From contig CP075495.1 in NCBI GenBank assembly GCA_021613535.1, positions 2,604,001-2,668,000 of the forward strand: a DNA stretch of 64,000 bases, read 5' to 3'. The notes below the pieces were generated by a model, which saw only the letters and a list, made by a program, of their open reading frames with translations, searched no databases and was not told the origin of the DNA. Positions 1 through 16,100 of this stretch are shown here, piece by piece. Source of the stretch: Adineta vaga (Eukaryota > Animalia > Rotifera). The first letter of the stretch is position 1. Each line of letters starts with the position of its first letter. The position numbers and the translations under genes are program-made.

Positions 1-1289
1 AACGTTTCTCACGATTTAAATGAAAGAAAAGTTCACCACCATTAACACATTCCATAACAAGACAAAGACGATCACTTGTTGTAAATGCACAGATTAAATT
101 TGTTATAAATGGATGACGAATTCGTCGAAGAATTCGATTTTCATCCATTGTATGTACAATTTCATTCTAACGAGAGAAAAATAAAGTTCTCATTGAAAAA
201 TAAGAAGTACATTTTAAACGAATGAAAATCTCTTACATTACTGACTACAAGACTTTTTCTTAACATTTTCATTGCAAATATTCGTTGTGTAGTTCTTTCA
301 CGACACAGAACAACTTTACCAAACGTTCCACGACCAAGAATTTTCAAATATTCAAAATCATTTATTTGCTAAATAAAATAGAAAACAACAATTCAAACCC
401 ATTCTTTTCTACTAATAAATATCAATCAATATACAGGTCTTCGTGTGAATACTTCGTTCATTGATGAATATTCATTTTCTGTATTGTCCCTATTATCATT
501 CGTAATCATCGGATAATCTATTTTTGATGATTGTAATTGATGTTGTAAATGTGGCGTTGTTTGTTGATTAATTCTTTCAATGATTGTAATCCATTCTTCA
601 CTAGAAAAAGAAAACTCTATGTAAAATGAAGATGCAATTTTTCCTCTTCCTACCGATCTTGTTGATTACTTGCAGCAAATAATCGTTCGATTTTCATTTG
701 ATTAAAATGTATAATGAAAGCATTTTGTTTAATTTTATCTTGACGTATAACACTACAATCAATAACTTGAAATTTATTCAATGGTTCTTCTTGTTGACTA
801 TCATTATCAACCGGTGGTTTACGATAACCATATAAATTTCCATCATGACGAAGAATAAAATAACGTGGACGCCATGTTTTTATATGTTCACCTAAGTAGG
901 CAAACAAAAAAAACCCATTTCAGAATCAAATATTAAAAGTCAGTTTGACATTTCTGTTTATCTCTACGTACAACTATGTTTAGTTTTTCAAGGGTTTCCT
1001 CTTCCTAAACATCGACCAATTTCACTTATGTAAATTACTTCCATTTATGTTTGCAAAAATAAAAAAACCTTTTATGAGTACAAAGACATACGGTGTATGT
1101 GACTTTATCTTAGGTCAACATTTCTTTCACATTTTTTTTCAATGAAAAGAATGGAAATACAATGATATGAATTCATTCATTCAATAACATACCTCTTTTA
1201 TAAAGCCAACCAGATTTATACGATGGTGTATTAGTTGATAATTCTGATGGACTACGTTGTTGACTGGAAGTTATTGTTAGAGGTTGCAT
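1..1289 (-). CDS. AKT: AKT/PKB serine-threonine kinase, 5' part (PH domain and kinase N-lobe); runs off the window start
   Basis: Spliced translation gives MQPLT...[10 protein letters not shown]|[14 protein letters not shown] (PH domain), [26 protein letters not shown] and [44 protein letters not shown] at 1289; GT-AG introns. Confidence 0.95.
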
Positions 1290-2971
1290 TATTTCTCTCG
1301 TTTTCTTCTTCTTCTTCTTCTTCTTCTTCAGTAAATCGTCTTGTTAACCATATGACGTTGCTTATATTTATGTGTCTTTTGATCTAACAAGAAAGAAAAA
1401 TCTTGTGAGTATTTTGCGTAGGATTTACATTTATAAGTTAGTCTGTTTGGCGTAGGCATACGTCAGAATCATCGAACCGAAACAATAACATTCAAGTAAA
1501 AGGAAAATAACAAAATGAAACCTACCTAATGACGAACAACTGAAAAAACAACGTTTTCACTGATAAAAAAGAAATCAATACACACATTTTCTTTTCAAAT
1601 ATTCGCTACATCGATGATCTCCTTCATTTTATTTATTATAAGTTGACAATGACTTCTATTCATTTTATTTAATATAAAATTGAAGATAAATGAATAATTA
1701 TTAATCTACCAATGTTTCCTATCATGCATTCAAAAAGATTATTTAGAAGAGAAAACCTTCAACAAATTATACATTACTTTCGTATTGAATATTTCGATAA
1801 CAGTACTATACTATCCTGTAACGTTTGTTATATTTGAATGAATGAGAAAGAAAAATATGTCGTTATTAGGAAGAAAAAATAGAAGAGAGTGATATTCTTT
1901 TTTTTGTAGGTTCCGTGTTCTTAAATTGTTTATTGACATTTGATCAATATGTACGATCGACTACGATGACCTAAATGACATGCGCAATCTTAAATATCTA
2001 TAATTATTTGTACTCTTTCTGATACTAACATACGAAATTTATTAATCGTATAATAAATTATTTTGAAAATGAAATCTAATATTCTATCAACATGATGAAA
2101 ATTACGTATAACATTAAAAAGAAAAGAATAATAAATAGTGAGTAGTGATAAGTTATTCTATGGAAGTTAAATAATGCTTCCAGAAATCTGCTAGAAGAAG
2201 AATAGAATTAATCTATTCTTGTCATCTTTTTCTGCTTTACTTAAGCTAATATGATGAAACAAATAAGTATAGAAATTATTTTAATTAATGTAAGTGGATA
2301 GGATTGGCTATCTAGTGATATAATGAGAAAGAAAATAAACTCGTTACGAACTAACTTCTGCTCGATCGAATAGATCTAACGAAGAAAAAGCATATTGAAT
2401 ATTTATTCAAAATTTAATGGTATATAGTAGGTAGAGATCAATACGTGATTTTTCGAACTGACTATGAAAAAAAACACATTACCTTCTAATTAAAAAGCCT
2501 TTGTTTTATTACAATATTAATTTCCTGTTGAAAGACAGAAAATATATGTATAACCCGGAGTAGAATGATGAAGAAAAGAAACTGTGACTTCTTCTATCTT
2601 ACTATCAATTAGAACACAACTAGTTTTTTTTTAACAACTACAAATAGTTAACGAGTGATTATATTAAATGCACTTTCTTCTTATTCCATGAGAGAAAGAA
2701 AAAAGAAGTTTATGGAAACAAAAAATGACAATGAGAAAAGAGAGTTTCTTTTTTTCCAAACACAATCTATAATTATCAACCAATTATAAAACTATGTCAA
2801 CTTAGAAGTTGCAATACTTCTTTTGAGTCAAAGGAACATCCGAAGTTTATTTTTAACATGTTCATCATTCTTCAGTTAGTAAATCTATTTCGAATTAAAG
2901 TAAAACATCAAAGACATGATTAAGATTCGTTGATTTTATTCAGATTATTCTTCGCTTTTTCTAATACAGAC

Positions 2972-2992
2972 ATATATATATATATATATATA
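2972..2992. repeat. (AT)n microsatellite
   Basis: Read directly; similar tracts at ~8708, ~14622 and ~16588. Confidence 0.9.
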
Positions 2993-3083
2993 AAACAAAA
3001 GACAAACAAACAGTCACAAACACGGATTGAATTAAATATATATATTATTTAAACACATGAATCTGTTTCTTTTTGTATTGAAA

Positions 3084-6000
3084 TTAAAGAAAGGTTTCAG
3101 TTCCGTTGCTTTGGTTGCCGTCAGAACATATAAATCGTACTGTAGTATACATTTCTTTCTTTTCTCCATGTTTCATACTTGATGTACGTGGTCGAGGTGA
3201 TTCAGCATCATCAGAATGAACAATTGTTTGAACATGTTGCATATTGGGTGATGATGAACGTTGTTGTTGGAGAGTATTGAAATATGTTTGTGTGGATGTT
3301 AAAGATATAGGTTTATAATGACGTGGTGATGGGGGTGATGGACTTGATGTTGCTGGTCCAACTGATGATGTAATATTTGTTGAAAGTGTGTCATTCACTG
3401 ATGTTGAAATATCTTCATTCTGTTTTTCAGTTGATAATGTGGTATGTGTACTAGTTGAACGAATGAATTCTGCCGATGGAGTATTTTCATGGAGAATATC
3501 ACTTATCGATTTATGTCGATGACTAGTTGGTGGTGTCAGTTCTGTTGGATTAGCCTTACTGGGTACTGGTACAAAATTTAAATGTTCAATTGTTTCATTC
3601 GGTAAATCATTCTCAATAATAGCTAAATTTTTAAAAAAGAAATTAAAAGTTTTCAGATTTGTATGTTTGCTTTTTACCTGTCTCTTGTTGTTGATGAGTT
3701 TTACGTGAACGATGTCGATTTTTCATCGAACGTGTTGTTGTTGCAGAACGTTTTTGTTTAACCATATCGATCGTTGGTGGTAATTCAATCTCAATACCAA
3801 TTGTATCTTGTCGTTCAAATCGATGACTTTCAAATTCATGTAAATAACTCATCGATTCAGTCATCTAAAAACATTAAATAAATCAATCGTAATAGAAGTA
3901 TCGAATTAAACTTACTAAAATAACATCCGCATACATTTCATATTCTGCTCGTTTTTTCAATATATGCATACATTCCGCGGAATCTTCATCGATTGAATTC
4001 GCTCTAGCGAGAGAGAGAGAGAGAAAAGTAATTTGCGAAAGAGTTTTGTAGAAAAATACTTACTTAAAATAGAATAATGTTCCTAAAATTTCTGACATCA
4101 TTCGACTTGATACAGGTATGCGTCGACCCGTAGCTGGCAATATTGAAGTTTGTACTTTTGCTAAAAGGTTTTCATCAAAAGAAAAACCTTGACCAATTAA
4201 TCTACGATTTAAATTTGAAAATACTAAATCTATTTTTTCGTTTATTCTTAGTTTACTTTTTTGTCATTTTAAAATATGCTTTTCGAGAATAGAGATCCAT
4301 CAATGACACACTTGCACCATATTGTAGAAGAAGAAACCAAATGATCTGCTCTCTAAACAAAATTAATATTAATTCTAAGGAAAAAAAATATATAATCCAA
4401 ACAAAAGAAAGGTAGTTAAGCTTATTAGAAAGAAATGTCACAAAACTCAAGTAAAAATGTAGTCTACGAACATATAATAAAAAATTCTGATTCCTAAAAT
4501 AGTCAACCAAACAAAAGTAAGTATTTATCTCTTTCAAGCTGAACATTAGTTTTAATACTACTAGAGAACTAAAATTTGAAAAGAAAACTCTACCTTGTTG
4601 TTGCATTGACTGTATCAAATGGAACAAATGCATGTAAACGTACTACTTCGCATTTTTTCTCATGTTTCGATATTGCATGTTGAGTTAATGGAGTAGGCGC
4701 ATAATGATCCTGAATGAGAAAAAAAAACCCATTTAATTAATATGATCTTTCATTGATATATTTAACATTTGAAAAATTCTTCGTGTTATTTCCAAAGACA
4801 TTTATCTACTTACCGGATTCGGAGTATGATAGATTGATGGTATAGTGAGATTTGGAATTCCTAAAAATTTTCATTTTTTTATCAAGTCTTTTTTCCTTTT
4901 TTTTGTTGAAAAATAACTTACGAAATTCATATGCTTTATCATGATGCCCGTCGTCGAGAACACTCTAGAAAAATATTACGAATACTGAGTATTTCTTATC
5001 AAACAAGTTGGTCAAAACGTCGATAGTGACATATGTTGGCTAGTCAGTAGTAGAGCTACTGATACAGATTAGTATTTGACAACTGTTATCAATAGCTAAC
5101 TACCGGTTAGACAAAGTCATCGTTGTGTTATTCATGTTAGATATAAGTATATAATTTATGAACTTACTAGATTGTAGAGTCCGACAAGAAAAGTATTGAT
5201 TGTTGAACAAACATCCTACAAGTAAAGAGTAAAAGACAACGAATGATGAAGAGAAGAATAATGAAGTGACGTGCATAGTTTCTCTGTCTCTCTTTCTCTT
5301 TTTTTTTTAATAATGATAATCAAGCGGTAAAAGAGAGAAAAGAAAGCCGCTCATCTTTACCATTGAAGACTGATTATTCACGCTAGGATGCTGTCAAAAA
5401 AAAGAAGAAGGAATGCTGATGACAATGATGATGCTGTCGACTCAAGGCAAAGACGCATTATGAATTTAGTTTTGATGTGTATGTTCATAATGATAATGAA
5501 AAGCGAAATTAGCTTTGTTTAATCATGTTACTATTTCTCACGTCTCGTTCATTTCCGCTCTCTCTCTTTCTATATATCATTTTTTTCTATACAAAAGAAA
5601 AAGAAAAAGATTTTTCACACTTCGATTTTTTGTCCTCATCAAATATCATTCAATGAAATATTCACTTTTCAATCTCATCGTTTTATGATACATAAATCTA
5701 TCAAAGAAAAAAAAAGAAAAATCTTTACAACTTCATCTACTTACTAGAAAGAAAAAAGATTGATGTCACACACGTGTATACAGGATTATATATATATATA
5801 CTCTCTCTTTCTCTATCTTTACACTCAATTTATGTAAAATACTTCCTGCATTTTTCTTCTTCTTTATATTGATAAGGCGGATGCATTATATATGTTACCC
5901 AGTTATTAGATATCTCGACAATCATAATGAGCACATATCACAGAATTTAACTTCTTCTTTTTTTTTCAATTTTACCTTCTTAGTAACATCAGTTGATTCT

Positions 6001-6286
6001 GGATGATGGTAAAGAACATCATAGTAAGCAATGATGAATGATGGAAGAAATTGAAGTACAAAGGATCGTTGTTGAGCATCGCGATAAAGTGTGAACAGAT
6101 GATCGCATAATGATGGAGCATACTGAATGAAAATCAATATTATGTCATAGATGTTAAGAAATCTCTACTCTTGAATCATTGATACATACTTCCGAAGATT
6201 CTGTAGTAATAGCTAAATGTATTTCAGCATTAAGCTTTGGATTGAAGTTCGTCGTTGATAATGATGATAATGATGCTTTCTCATTC
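3084..6286 (-). CDS. FAM126: Hyccin/FAM126 (PI4KIIIalpha complex subunit), multi-exon; start codon uncertain (possibly ATG 6567)
   Basis: Exons encode QYAPSLCDHLFTLYR..FVLQFLPSFIIAY, VCSTINTFLVGLYNL, FRIPNLTIPSIYHTP, PTPLTQHAISKHE, RRIPVSSRMMSEILGTLFYF and RAEYEMYADVIL. These are hyccin blocks in the expected order, followed by a disordered S/T/P tail ending at 3084. Confidence 0.85.
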
Positions 6287-8994
6287 TATCGAAGAAGAAG
6301 AATAAGAATAAGAATAAGAATAAGAGGAAGACAAAATGAGTAGATCTCACTTCTTCTTCTTTTTTTTCTCGTCTACTCTTTCGACTTCCGATGCATTCTT
6401 TTTATTCAAACATAGACACACCTTGATGCTAACAGGACTGATGAAGATATGAAGAAAAAAGATGAAAATTAGTCGTGTGAACAAAATTCTTTCTTTCACT
6501 TTTTTCTTCTTCTTTGTATTATCATCACCTGTCAGAAGTGTGTGCGGTAGAGCATAATCTTACCCATTGCTGCTAGATATGTCTTTTCTCGTTTAAATTT
6601 TAATCTTTTGACTGACAAGAGATAATCTTTTTTCTTCTTCTTCTTCTTCTTCCATATAGTTTATCAATTATATTACTTTCGACATGAATAAATAAATAAA
6701 TGAATGAATGAAAAAAGTAAAAAGAAGATAATGGAATCTGTATAGAAATTCTACATAATTAATTTGAATTGTTCGTGCGAAGAAACAAACTTGAATGTGT
6801 ATTCAAATAGAACAATTATCACCTCATTTGGATAAAACTTGTCATCTATCATCAACTATACTGTCTTTCAAAATTTTAAAGATAAAAAAGAAAAATCTGT
6901 GAAATGTGAGATAATAAATTATCATTTGAGAGGAAAAAAAAGAGATCAACCCTTCGGCTTTACCGTTATTAAAACTCGTTTTTCATGATTAATTTACCAG
7001 GATGAATATGTTAGAAAAGAAAACTGAGCTGAAAAAGAAAGAGTAGGAAACAGAGAAAGACAGGGCGAAAGGATGCTACTTCTTCTTTGCGTTTCTTTAC
7101 TGATGTTAGACAGAAAATTGAGAGAGATTAAAAATCACACACACAACGACGTGTGTGTGTGCACATATACGCATACTCTTAATTGCAAGCACGCAATTCT
7201 ATTCATCAGTAACAGGCAAGGAATGCGAGTACTTAACAGTTTAGAAATATTATCCTCATTAGCAGTTCATTTATTCAATATGAAGAAAAAAAACTGTCAG
7301 TCTACCTGGAATGATTCAATCCATGCATCAACTTCAATAAAGTTCGTCGAAAACGATTCTTTTGAATAAAGACTATCACTAGTTTGACTTGTTGTCGACA
7401 TAATTTGATCTAGAAGAAGATTTGTAAAGTATTTTCATTTGGGCCATATTGTTATTTATACCTTTGAATAAGATCGAAGTAATTAAATATATTTGTAAAG
7501 TATCATTCTATAGATGAGATTCTTTATCTATCTTAAATAGAAAATTAGTTTTTATGAACTAAATTTAATAATTACATATAATAACACATCATGACTTTCT
7601 CGTATATCTTGCTTGTCTTGATAATAGTTTATGTTATTAAATATTGAATTCATTCTAGGAACGCTATCTCCGTTTCTAATAATTTTGATAAATCAATTCA
7701 AGAAGAATATGAAAAAAGGCGTTGACAATATTCCATGATTGGTTTAAGCAATCACGAAAGATTTATCCTCGTAAGACCTCTTTAGTAATACTGATGAATA
7801 TTCCATAGAGGTCGCAAATGGATGTTTATCCTAAACCTAAATTTTGAATGAACAACACAATAATACATAATTTAACTAATCACAATTCATAATGCACAAA
7901 GATAGCGAATGTGTAGTAAATTTATATCGGCTCAATTTCGTTTAATTAGTAGTTAGTTTAGGGCGATAATGTATTCTATAATTATCCAAAGAGATACTAA
8001 CAATACACTAAATGAAATTGAGAATTTTCTCTCATTGAACCAAGATACATACATTCCAAATTGGTATTCGAAAGCCTAGAAATTATTTTGTACAAATCTT
8101 GTTTTTTTTCTTTCAAGTACGCCATTTCAAATATACAGTCAATATTGTTATTTCACTAAGAAAATACAGTGAAGACTTACATGTAAATTCACATTAATAT
8201 CAAGAAAATTATTGTTGATTTAACACTAATCATTTTGAGTGAAAAGTATACCTTCGATTAGATAGGTAAATATATTTAATGTACGTGGTCTCGATATAGT
8301 ATAGCATTTTCTTTGAAAAAAAAATGACGTCAATCAAGCACACGAACTGTTCTTAGACGTTTGATTAAAAGATTTTTAACTAAAATTTTAATGACATATG
8401 AAAACGTATAATTTAAAAAAGATGTAATCATTAATATTTGCTTCGATGATTTAATGATAAGTTGTTTTTATTTGTTTAATACACAACAACAACAACAGCT
8501 TATTGAAAGGATTCGTTACTCTGTAAAACAATTCTTTGATGAATTGGATAAGATCATTATCGTATTCTTATTCTTAGTTTTGTCTTTTGTCTTTTAATAT
8601 AACAATCGAAGAGAAAAAAAAAACTTTTCTTTTTCCAAGAAAAGAAAAATAGTAAGCGAAAAGAAAAGAAATGATTATCATTCACCGGGCTTGCGATGAA
8701 ACATACGTATATATATATATATATAGATATAGATATATAGATAGACATCGCCTTGTACACGCAGCATATACAAAGATAATCAAAAACAAAATTTTGTTAA
8801 TAGCAAGGAAAACGTTCGAAAATAAATCAATTACAGTGAACAAAAGAAGAAAGAGAACATGATGTTCGATAATAGCCATCACAGTACGCTTCCGTATATT
8901 ATTTTTTAACTTCGAAATAGTAGCACTCATCATGTTTAACTAAAAATAGATGTGTGCATTAAGGTAGACGTAAGAACAAATAGAATGATATTTT

Positions 8995-11225
8995 CTATAC
9001 ACATGAATTTCTTTTTGATGATATCATATTTTCACCAGCAGGTAGATTTCCATTGGATACTTGAATATCATTAGTAATATTAATTAATCTATTTGAATCA
9101 ATCAATCTTTCTTCTCTAGGATTTGATTTAATACGATTCTTCTTTTTCTTATGTTTTACTTTTGGTATACTTGAACACATCCTCGTAGTTTCTCCACTTG
9201 GTGTTGCAGGTGGTAAGACTGATGTACTATTTGTACTTGCACGACGTTCACGACAACAAATAATATACTTACTAAGAGTTTTTCGAAAAGCAGCACGAAA
9301 ATCTTTATTATGAAACGCATATAAAAATCTAAATGAAAAAGAAGATTTAAAGAAAAACTTTCATATGTTTTTTTAATTTATTTACGGATTAATCATTGAA
9401 TTGAAATAGCCAACCCAGAAGACGATATCTTCTATAATAGGCATATATGTCCAAGTACAACGATTTGGTTCACATATTGAATAACGAAGAAAAAACGGAA
9501 GCCAACAGATTAAGAAAGCAATCATAATCGCACCTAAGGTTTTAACAGCACGACGTTCGCGTTTTAAATGTTTCATTTGACTATGACGAGGATCTAATAA
9601 TTGTCCAGGATAATCAACAGATGTTTGTGGTTCCATTTGTGTATCTACGCTATCATGTTTACCTGGACGACGATGATTATTATGACAACCATTAAGTGGT
9701 GTTGTTGTTGTAGCTGCTAATTGATGTGTACGTTGTGATTGATGTGTTGAAGAAGATGTTTCATTAAGGACTTGATCATCACTTGATCGTCGGCGTGAAA
9801 AATATTGCGGAAGTTGTGAAGTTCGATGACGATGAGCAACACCATCCATCATTCGATGTGCTTCACTTTCTTTTTTTTCAGCTATTCTGATTAACATCAA
9901 ATACATTATAATCATTATAGCACTGGGAACCCAGAATGAAAATGATGATGAAACAATTGCATATGCTTGATTTACAGCAAATGTACAACGACCATGAACA
10001 CGATTTAAACAACTTATTTTATGTCGTTGTTCACGTGTGGTATAAATTCCAGTAAAGATTGGAATAAATGATAATAAACCTGAACCTATCCAACAACCAG
10101 CAATCATACTATATCGACGTCGTTCGGAAGCTGTTCGTTCATGATCAAATGGACGTACGATTGAAAGATAACGATCCAAAGCTATACAAGCTAAATGCAT
10201 AATTGATGCTGTTGAAAAAAGTACATCACATGAAAACCATAGCCGACACATAAACTAGAATGAAACAAGACATCTTTCAATCATGTCGGAAGTTCAATTT
10301 AATATTTCTTATTTCTCAAATAACTTGTGTCTATATATAGTTTTTGCATAAGAATAAATGTAACTAAAATCGTCCAAATTAGTTATTTAAACATATGAAA
10401 CATTTAATATATAGAATGTAAAACAAGAACTTTGACAGACATCATTTGCAAAAATGAAAGAAATCTCAAATTACAATTAGAATAGAAATTATATGTCTTT
10501 TTTTGTCATTTTTATTTTTGTACATGAAGAGAGTAAGAGAAAATTGTTTTCTTTTTCTTTTTCTACTTCATATCAATATTTCGATAAGAGAATTAAGTTG
10601 CTAAATATAAATGCACTTTATTAGCTTCATAGACGAACGAAGAAAACAAATTGTTATTGACTTTTACTTTGTAACAGAGTGCAACATGAATCATTCGATT
10701 CGTTCATATAAAGATATGAAGTTCAAAATCTTTCTGTTCACTTACCGCTCCAAGAATCCATCTTCCTCGAACTAATTGTAAACCATAGAATGTCATTGCT
10801 AATGTACTAACACCAACATCAGCAACGGCAAGTGAAGCAAGGAAGACATTACCTGTGATACGTAGATTATGAAAATGTTTAATAACATAGATAACAAGAA
10901 TATTGCCAAATATCGCACAGATAGTGATTGGAACAACAAGTGCGCCCGCAAAAATTCGATAAGGCAATGAAAAATAAGGCAATGTAACATTGATAACTTC
11001 AGGTACACAAACCAATGTTTCGTTTTTTGGTAAGTTTTCCACCTGATCTGATGTTAAATTTTTGTTCCATAATGATAGTGATTGATGGATAATTTGATTA
11101 TCATCGGAAAATGCATGGATGGTAACCACTAGATGATTTTGAATGAGAACAAAAACAGTTAGAAAACAGGCGAATGACACCAGTCGATTGATATTAATCG
11201 ATCTCCTTAGAAGACAAATAATCAT
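8995..11225 (-). CDS. Class A biogenic-amine GPCR, beta-adrenergic-like octopamine receptor type; exons 11225-10746, 10254-9386, 9328-8995
   Basis: GNILV (TM1), SLAVAD (TM2), CDVLFSTASIMHLACIALDRY (TM3 Asp and DRY), VNQAYAIVSSSFSFWVP (TM5 serines, OctbetaR-like), ERRAVKTLG..CWLPFF, WVGYFNSMINP|FLY. Confidence 0.9.
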
Positions 11226-13109
11226 GTGAAAGAAGAAGACGATAAACGACAATGAACGAGATTAAAGCGACACAAACAAGGTCGCAATTGTTAAATCAAG
11301 TTTTGTTGTCTAAAAAAAGAAAAAAAGACTTAGCAATATGAAAAAGAAAAGAAAGGAGAGAGAGAGAGAGAGGGAGAAAACAAAATTCACTTGATGACAT
11401 ATAAGCTCGAGATAATCTTTAAAGGAAGAGAACGAATGAAAAAAACGAAGACAAATATCATTCGAAATTTAGTTATTTGTTTTCATCGAGTTAAAATGTA
11501 ATATAGAAACTATGAAATAAACTGAAATGTATTCCGAGCGTGTTTTAACTTGATTTCTTTTGTTAAGACAAGACAAAACGGTGATTTGTACTTCTTACAA
11601 GTGATAAGAGTGAGTTATTTTTCTTAGTCATTTGCTTTCTTAAACAGACATCGAAAGTCACGTTAGCAATTAGAACTTATATTTGTTGATAAACACGCTA
11701 TCGAAAGCAAACGTTAAGAAAAAAGGAAAAGACTGTAAGAATAAAAAATGAGCTAATAAACGACCGAATAAAAACGCAGATATAATAATTGTTCATACAC
11801 ATGCATCATCATCATCATACAAACAATATATATTTTATATCCATCTTAATATTTTTTTCAGATTGACGGAATTGTTTTTTTTTTCTCTTCTGTTCTTCAG
11901 GGCAACCACATAGAGAGAATCTCATCGCCACATCATGTCACTATCGACATCAATTTGCTTTAAAAACAAATACTCCTCTATCCACCATGCATAAAATGCA
12001 CTTTTTTTTCTCTCTGTCTCTCCCTTCTTTCTAAATTGCTGAAGTATATTTTGCACCCATATATATGTATTCACGTACACATCTGTTAAGTGACATCGAA
12101 ATCTCCGGTCTTCTCTGCGATACAGTTTTGAAATCACACGATCTAACATTCTAAATAGTGCTGTTTCACGCGCCAGAATCATTCTCATCGCTGTCATTCA
12201 ATATGTTAAACAAAGATGACGTTGTCTGACAAGCGAATAGAATACTCACTTGAAAATTCATACACACATGATGCTATTATACAAAATAAGAGGAAAAAAA
12301 AAGAAAGTTTCTTGTCATCCTACTCACTAACGGATACATGTTAACGCTAGTTTCTATTTCCTATTAGAAATATGTTTTTCAATCGTAATTCTGAGAGTCT
12401 TAAATAATAAGAATATTGTGAACACCAAAAATCATGATGACTATAAATATATTCATTGAAGCACAAAAAAAAGTAATTCTTTGATAAAAATTTACCGTAC
12501 TTTAAAAAAGACATTACATTGTCTTCCAACAGAATCAATACGAGTAGCAGATCGTTGAGAGCGACATAAGACAATATGAAATGGTTAGTTACGAAAACAA
12601 ACAGGCGACTTTTTTTCAAAAAAAAAACGAAAATAAGAACTTTAAAGAAAGAAAAGAAGCAAGACAGAGAAAAAGAACGGTAAGGTATGAGACTAATTAT
12701 AGACGAGAAAACAAAGAAAAACGTGTACAATCAGTATGGATTAACTTGTTCGAATTTTTCTTCTATGTTTCATATCACGTAAGTCTCTCATGCCATTGCG
12801 CTTTGTTCTCTTTGGAAAAACAACAATCGTAAGCAAAGAACGCATTTTACTAGATCATTAGTTAGAACAAAAACAAACGCGCTAATCATCAATTGTATAA
12901 TATTTTCCATCGCTCGATTAACTCCTATTCATCGCATTGAAACGCGAGAGATCATCAGACTATCTGTGTCCTCGATGAGTCTTTTCTCGAGAAAGAAGAA
13001 TCATCACATATGCAGACAATTGAATATAATATCGAAGACGTACATCAAATAGGATTGATATAAGTTGTACTTGAGTGAAGAAATAATTTACTCAAGAATG
13101 TCATAGTAT

Positions 13110-13182
13110 GGAAAAGAAAAGAAAAGAAAAGAAAAGAAGAAGAAAAGAAGAAGAAGAAGAAGAGAGGAGAGAAAGAGAAGAA
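13110..13182 (+). repeat. Polypurine (GAAAA)n/(GAA)n tract
   Basis: About 70 consecutive purines, read directly. Confidence 0.9.
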
Positions 13183-16100
13183 ATCTTTTTATCTCAATTG
13201 ACTTCATCACTTTTCAAAATCATCATTTTTTTTCTTAAGGTTATTTTCTTCGTTATTCTTCGAGTGACAAGAAGATCGACGATTGCTTTTTCAAAGTCAT
13301 TCTGACTTATCTATAGTGAATAAAAATAAAGAAACTAGAATAATTTCAATGAGAACGATAAGAAGAGAAAATTTTCTTTCTTTCAACACTTCGAAGAAAA
13401 AAAAAGAAGGAAAATTGGTACATAATCATTTATTTTTCTTTTTCGATGCCAATTAGAAATATTAATACATACGAAGAATATGTTGACTGTTGTTGACGAC
13501 TCGTCGATCATGCTTCGTATGGGCGCGTAAAAAGCTTTCCTCGTGTTTTTCTTTCTATTTATATAAATAGTAAGCAAAGTTTCTCGCTCTTTTTATTACT
13601 TCAAGAAAAAAAATTTTGTTTTTGTCTTCCAGTTTAGTAAAAAAAACTATCGTGTGCATATTCTGATTTAGTTTGAAGACAAATATTAAGTTCATCTGTG
13701 ACTAAATATATAAAGAAAAGATTATCTTAATTATATTAGAACGATTTAGAGAGAAAAAATTGAGATTTTATAGATGAAAATTGATTGATTTTATTCTTTA
13801 GAACTGTTAGAACAATCTCGAATGATAAGGAATGGAATTTATGTTAGCATAAATCAAATTAAATACTGGTATCTATAGAAAACGATCGAATGATAACATT
13901 TCGGATAGATTAATCAACATCAAATCAATAGTTCGATTTAGAAGGTTTCTTAAGTTATGATTTTTCTTAGATTTATCCTCTTCTTAGAAAATCACATATG
14001 TAACATGTTTATAGTAGCGTAGATCACAAGAATCAATGATTTCTAGTAAATACTTTGTATTAAATGAACAAAGAGAATATGCGTATAGAAAAACCTAATG
14101 AACAATCTCATTATATACTTATCTGTCGCTCACGCACTTGGTTTTTTTTTCTATCAAAATAAGGATAACGACGGAAACGAGTTTCTTCCGTTATGATTTT
14201 GCTTTCTTATATAAGACAATTGTTCGGTTTTCTGCCTAGTCGTTTCAATGATACTTCGCCGTATGTACTGTCAATGAAGATGATAATTAAAAGATCTGAT
14301 AATAACAGAAACTAATATATCTAGACAATTGTCTGTCTTCTTGTCTATTTCATAACAAAACCGGTTAGAAAACTTCTATATTAACGATTAACCTTTTTAT
14401 AACAGACTACAAACAAATCCGACCGATTTACTTGTTCTGTTGATTATTTTCGAAGTAAGAGATATACATAACTTCTCTCTACGATCATTATGTGCTAAAA
14501 CAAGACAATCGGGATTAAACGTAACGTCTTCCACATGCATGAGAAATATCTAGGCCTAAGATAGTACGAATGATATATCATTATCTCATATGTTCTCACT
14601 CTTTCTGTTTTCTAACGTTCTTATATATATATATATATATAAATACACAATGTTGAATCGTCGATAAACCAATCAATCAATATTTCTGATGTAATTAAAA
14701 ATAGATCCATTATATCTCGATTCACGTCATCATCGATCTCAGATCGATCTTGTGTATCTTTACAGAAACTTGATCGTTTGTGACGATTCGTTGAGATAAC
14801 GAAATGAAGTGCTAGAAAAATAAACATCTTCTTCATAAGATTTTCTTATCTCTCTTCTTCTGACTCTGACTCTATCTCTTGTTTTTGGTTTTCTATGTTC
14901 AAATGCATGAATGCGTGTATGTCAAGATAGAAATATATCTTACCATCAAAGAGTATTGGCAATAAAGATAGTGATGGAATCAGAATATCATCTATAAATA
15001 TAGAGAAAAAGATCATCGCACGATGGGGTATGAGATATCGATAGAATAAACATTGTTTGCTTTTTTTTCTTCTTGCACTCTCTCTCTCTCTGTCTTTATT
15101 AGTCATAGGAACATATCTGCATAGACATAGATATATGCATATGCCCTAACGTCATCATCTCTGCAGATCGATCTTGTAAGAACGGCGACAGAGAAGGAAA
15201 TGTCTTGTATTAAACTCTATTCATACATCTATGTGACTGTGTATGAAGAATGTACTGATATGACATTGACTACGCACATATGTATGTTATATATAGAGAT
15301 GTAGATGTTGAAAGTCAGGAAAGATGGGTGATAATTGTATTAAAATAGCACTGTTTTGCTAATGAAGGTGGAGGTAACCGAAAAATCGATCGTCTAACTA
15401 ACATAAACAAAATAAAAACATAATAAAAGCAGTTAAACTAAGCAAACATTACTGGTAACAGGCAAGATTTTAATCGGAAAAAGGAAATCGACGGGCGGGA
15501 GATTGCATACACATACGTCTTTACATCAAGCAAAACGAGAAGACAGAGAGGGAGAGAGAGAAAACTCAGCGAAAAGCCAATGTTGATTTTATGCTACAGC
15601 TTGGTGTGCACGAGCGGTATTTTCATTAAATCAACACATAAATGCAAGCATATAGATGGAGATTTAATGTTTTGTACTATTAATAATAGCTTAAAAATCA
15701 GTGCGTGTATTGAAGAATATGATCATCAAAGAGGTTGAGCATGTTAGATCAAATTGCTTTAGTACACAGAGAATATGAGCATGTGTCTTTGTTAAAATAA
15801 GAACTCGTCAGAGACAAGAAAAGAAAAGGAAGTTTAACAGCTATATCGACAAGATGAACGCACAGATGAATGTAGATAAGATGAACAATAATTGAATTTC
15901 AAACAAAGCATGATCTCAATGTAGACTATGGGATGACAATCGTATCGGTTCAGTAGTTGGAATTCTTACGCACCAATATTATTCAAGAGAGAACGAGAAA
16001 GAGGAGGAGTTACGAAGAAGAAGAAGAAGAAAAAAGACAAGAAATAGCAGAGAGATCGCTCTCATATTTGTCGACAAACAATCAATGACTGTTCAACAAA